A DNA stretch of 63,641 nt, counting the filler, from Octopus bimaculoides (taxonomy: Eukaryota), in assembly GCF_001194135.2 (NCBI RefSeq). It is 6 parts of 6 records of this genome, joined end to end, with 100 filler letters (N's around TTAATTAATTAA, not from the genome) between each part and the next. Parts side by side here need not be neighbours in the genome. Positions count along the whole stretch, not along the records: positions 62,339 to 63,641 come from NC_068982.1; 5 more parts are not named here. One strand, given 5' to 3'. The notes under the pieces were generated by a model. That model worked only from the letters and a program-made list of their open reading frames with translations. It did not search any database and was not told the origin of the DNA. The translations under genes and the position numbers were made by a program. Positions 62,371-63,641 of the stretch are shown one piece after another. The stretch's first letter is position 1; every line of letters starts with the position of its first letter.

Positions 62371-63468
62371 ATTAATTTAATGTATAAATCACCTATAAAT
62401 TTTTCTTGCATGCTGACTACCTGGTAAAAATCATTAACGTAATTTTATCCTTATATTCTAGTATGGATTTATATATATATATATCTGATACACACCCACA
62501 CGCACAGAGAAAGAGAGCGAGAAAGAAAGAGAGAGAGAGAGAAAGAGAGAGAGATCATAAAGAAAAATGGAGAATTATATGTCTTCAAAATTTATTTATT
62601 AAAAGCATTCTCATCAAATTCTAATCCGATACAATTTTCTGCGGGATAAGTGTCTTAGTGACATTGGCTGTATATATATATAATTTAAATATGTATATCT
62701 GTATTATGTATCCATATGTATGTGTATATAATACACACACACATATATACATACAAACATACATACAAATCTGTATATATGCATACTGAAGCATTGATAC
62801 ATACAAACATGCACACACATATAGATAGATATATGATAAGACCGTAATTGTATCCACAGAATTGAGTCCTTTCATTAATAAACAGAGGTTGAGATCGACC
62901 GATGGACATATAGTTACCTTCGTTCGATCAGCACAAGAGCTCTCACTACTACCGCTATCATCAGGGGACAAAAAGTTTCACTGTTAATTATTGGGTGGGC
63001 TCTGAGATTTCTGTTTTGAGAACTAGTCGAGTCACTATCGATTATATCAATCCCAATACTATTATGCTACAGTTGCTTATTTTATCCACCACCGTAAATA
63101 ATGTAAGTTATTTGGTTCGATCCTCTGCAGATGTCACCGCTCCACCACACTCAGTATATTTATAATCTAAACTAGAATTTCATATTATCTTTTAGCGCCC
63201 GTTTATTGAGTTTCAAATGAGATTATTGCTTTACATGTCCTTTTATAGCCGTGCTGTGAGATGGCATCTAGATATATCGATATGTTTTCTTGCTTTGATA
63301 TCTCAAGTGTATTAGCTTAATAATGTTTTCTGCATATTACTAACGCGTACGAAAACGCGTCTACTGTGACAACGTAGGAGTTTCTGTTTGATTAGGATAG
63401 TGGTCGTGAAATAGCAAACCTTAAAATATTCTAGCACTTCTATTAATGACTATTTCCCAATCTCACTT

Positions 63469-63533
<65 letters not shown>

Positions 63534-63554
63534 TCTTTTATTCTCTTTAGATTG

Positions 63555-63641
63555 TTTCGCCAGACAAAATGCTTAGCGGCATTCTTCCAGCTTTACTCTC
63601 TGAGTTCATATTCCGCCGAGGTCGACTTTACCTTCCATCCT
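63555..63641 (+). mobile_element. SINE family B, partial, running off the window end
   Basis: gaaatgcttagcgg-like start, then ctgagttcatattccgccgaggtcgactttaccttccatcc; CpGs retained. Confidence 0.8.

Noticed and set aside
62917-62980. Possible minus-strand mini-exon (ETFCPLMIAVVVRALVLIER) with a gtaact donor
   Set aside because: Weak acceptor, no partner exons and no recognisable motif.
9-63641. Dozens of ORFs rich in IY, HT, CV, RE, LS or poly-I/L, and ORFs running through X
   Set aside because: They are translations of (TA)n, (CA)n, (GA)n and (ATT)n microsatellites or of N gaps; no coding signal.

Overview
AT-rich, microsatellite-saturated eukaryotic DNA, most likely from an Octopus draft genome (inferred from the tRNA-SINE families, RTE LINEs and (TA)n/(CA)n/(ATT)n density). 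Five 100-bp spacers (44 N + TTAATTAATTAA + 44 N) cut it into six blocks whose relative order and orientation cannot be verified here. Most ORF-track entries are microsatellite or gap noise. Manual splice analysis gives three host-gene fragments. (1) Four in-frame minus-strand exons of a NO VEIN/sacsin-related protein (35224-27450). (2) Three in-frame minus-strand exons of a CUB-domain protein (57460-52133). (3) A 1074-bp plus-strand exon encoding a disordered region with several SUMO-interacting-motif-like stretches (59404-60477). The rest is transposon debris: two Gypsy elements, several RTE LINEs, a mariner, a Helitron 3' end, R4/Dong-type fragments in (AAT)n, MITEs and SINEs. The most striking structure is a Penelope-like RT + GIY-YIG element (38069-41841) bracketed by about 355-bp inverted terminal repeats, each folding into a candidate type I hammerhead ribozyme. 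A separate short repeat family also carries a minimal hammerhead (8411-8456). Copies of one SINE family keep their CpGs in block 1 but show CpG-to-TpG/CpA decay in the exon-bearing blocks, a fossil of gene-body methylation. No CRISPR, rRNA or true tRNA genes were seen.
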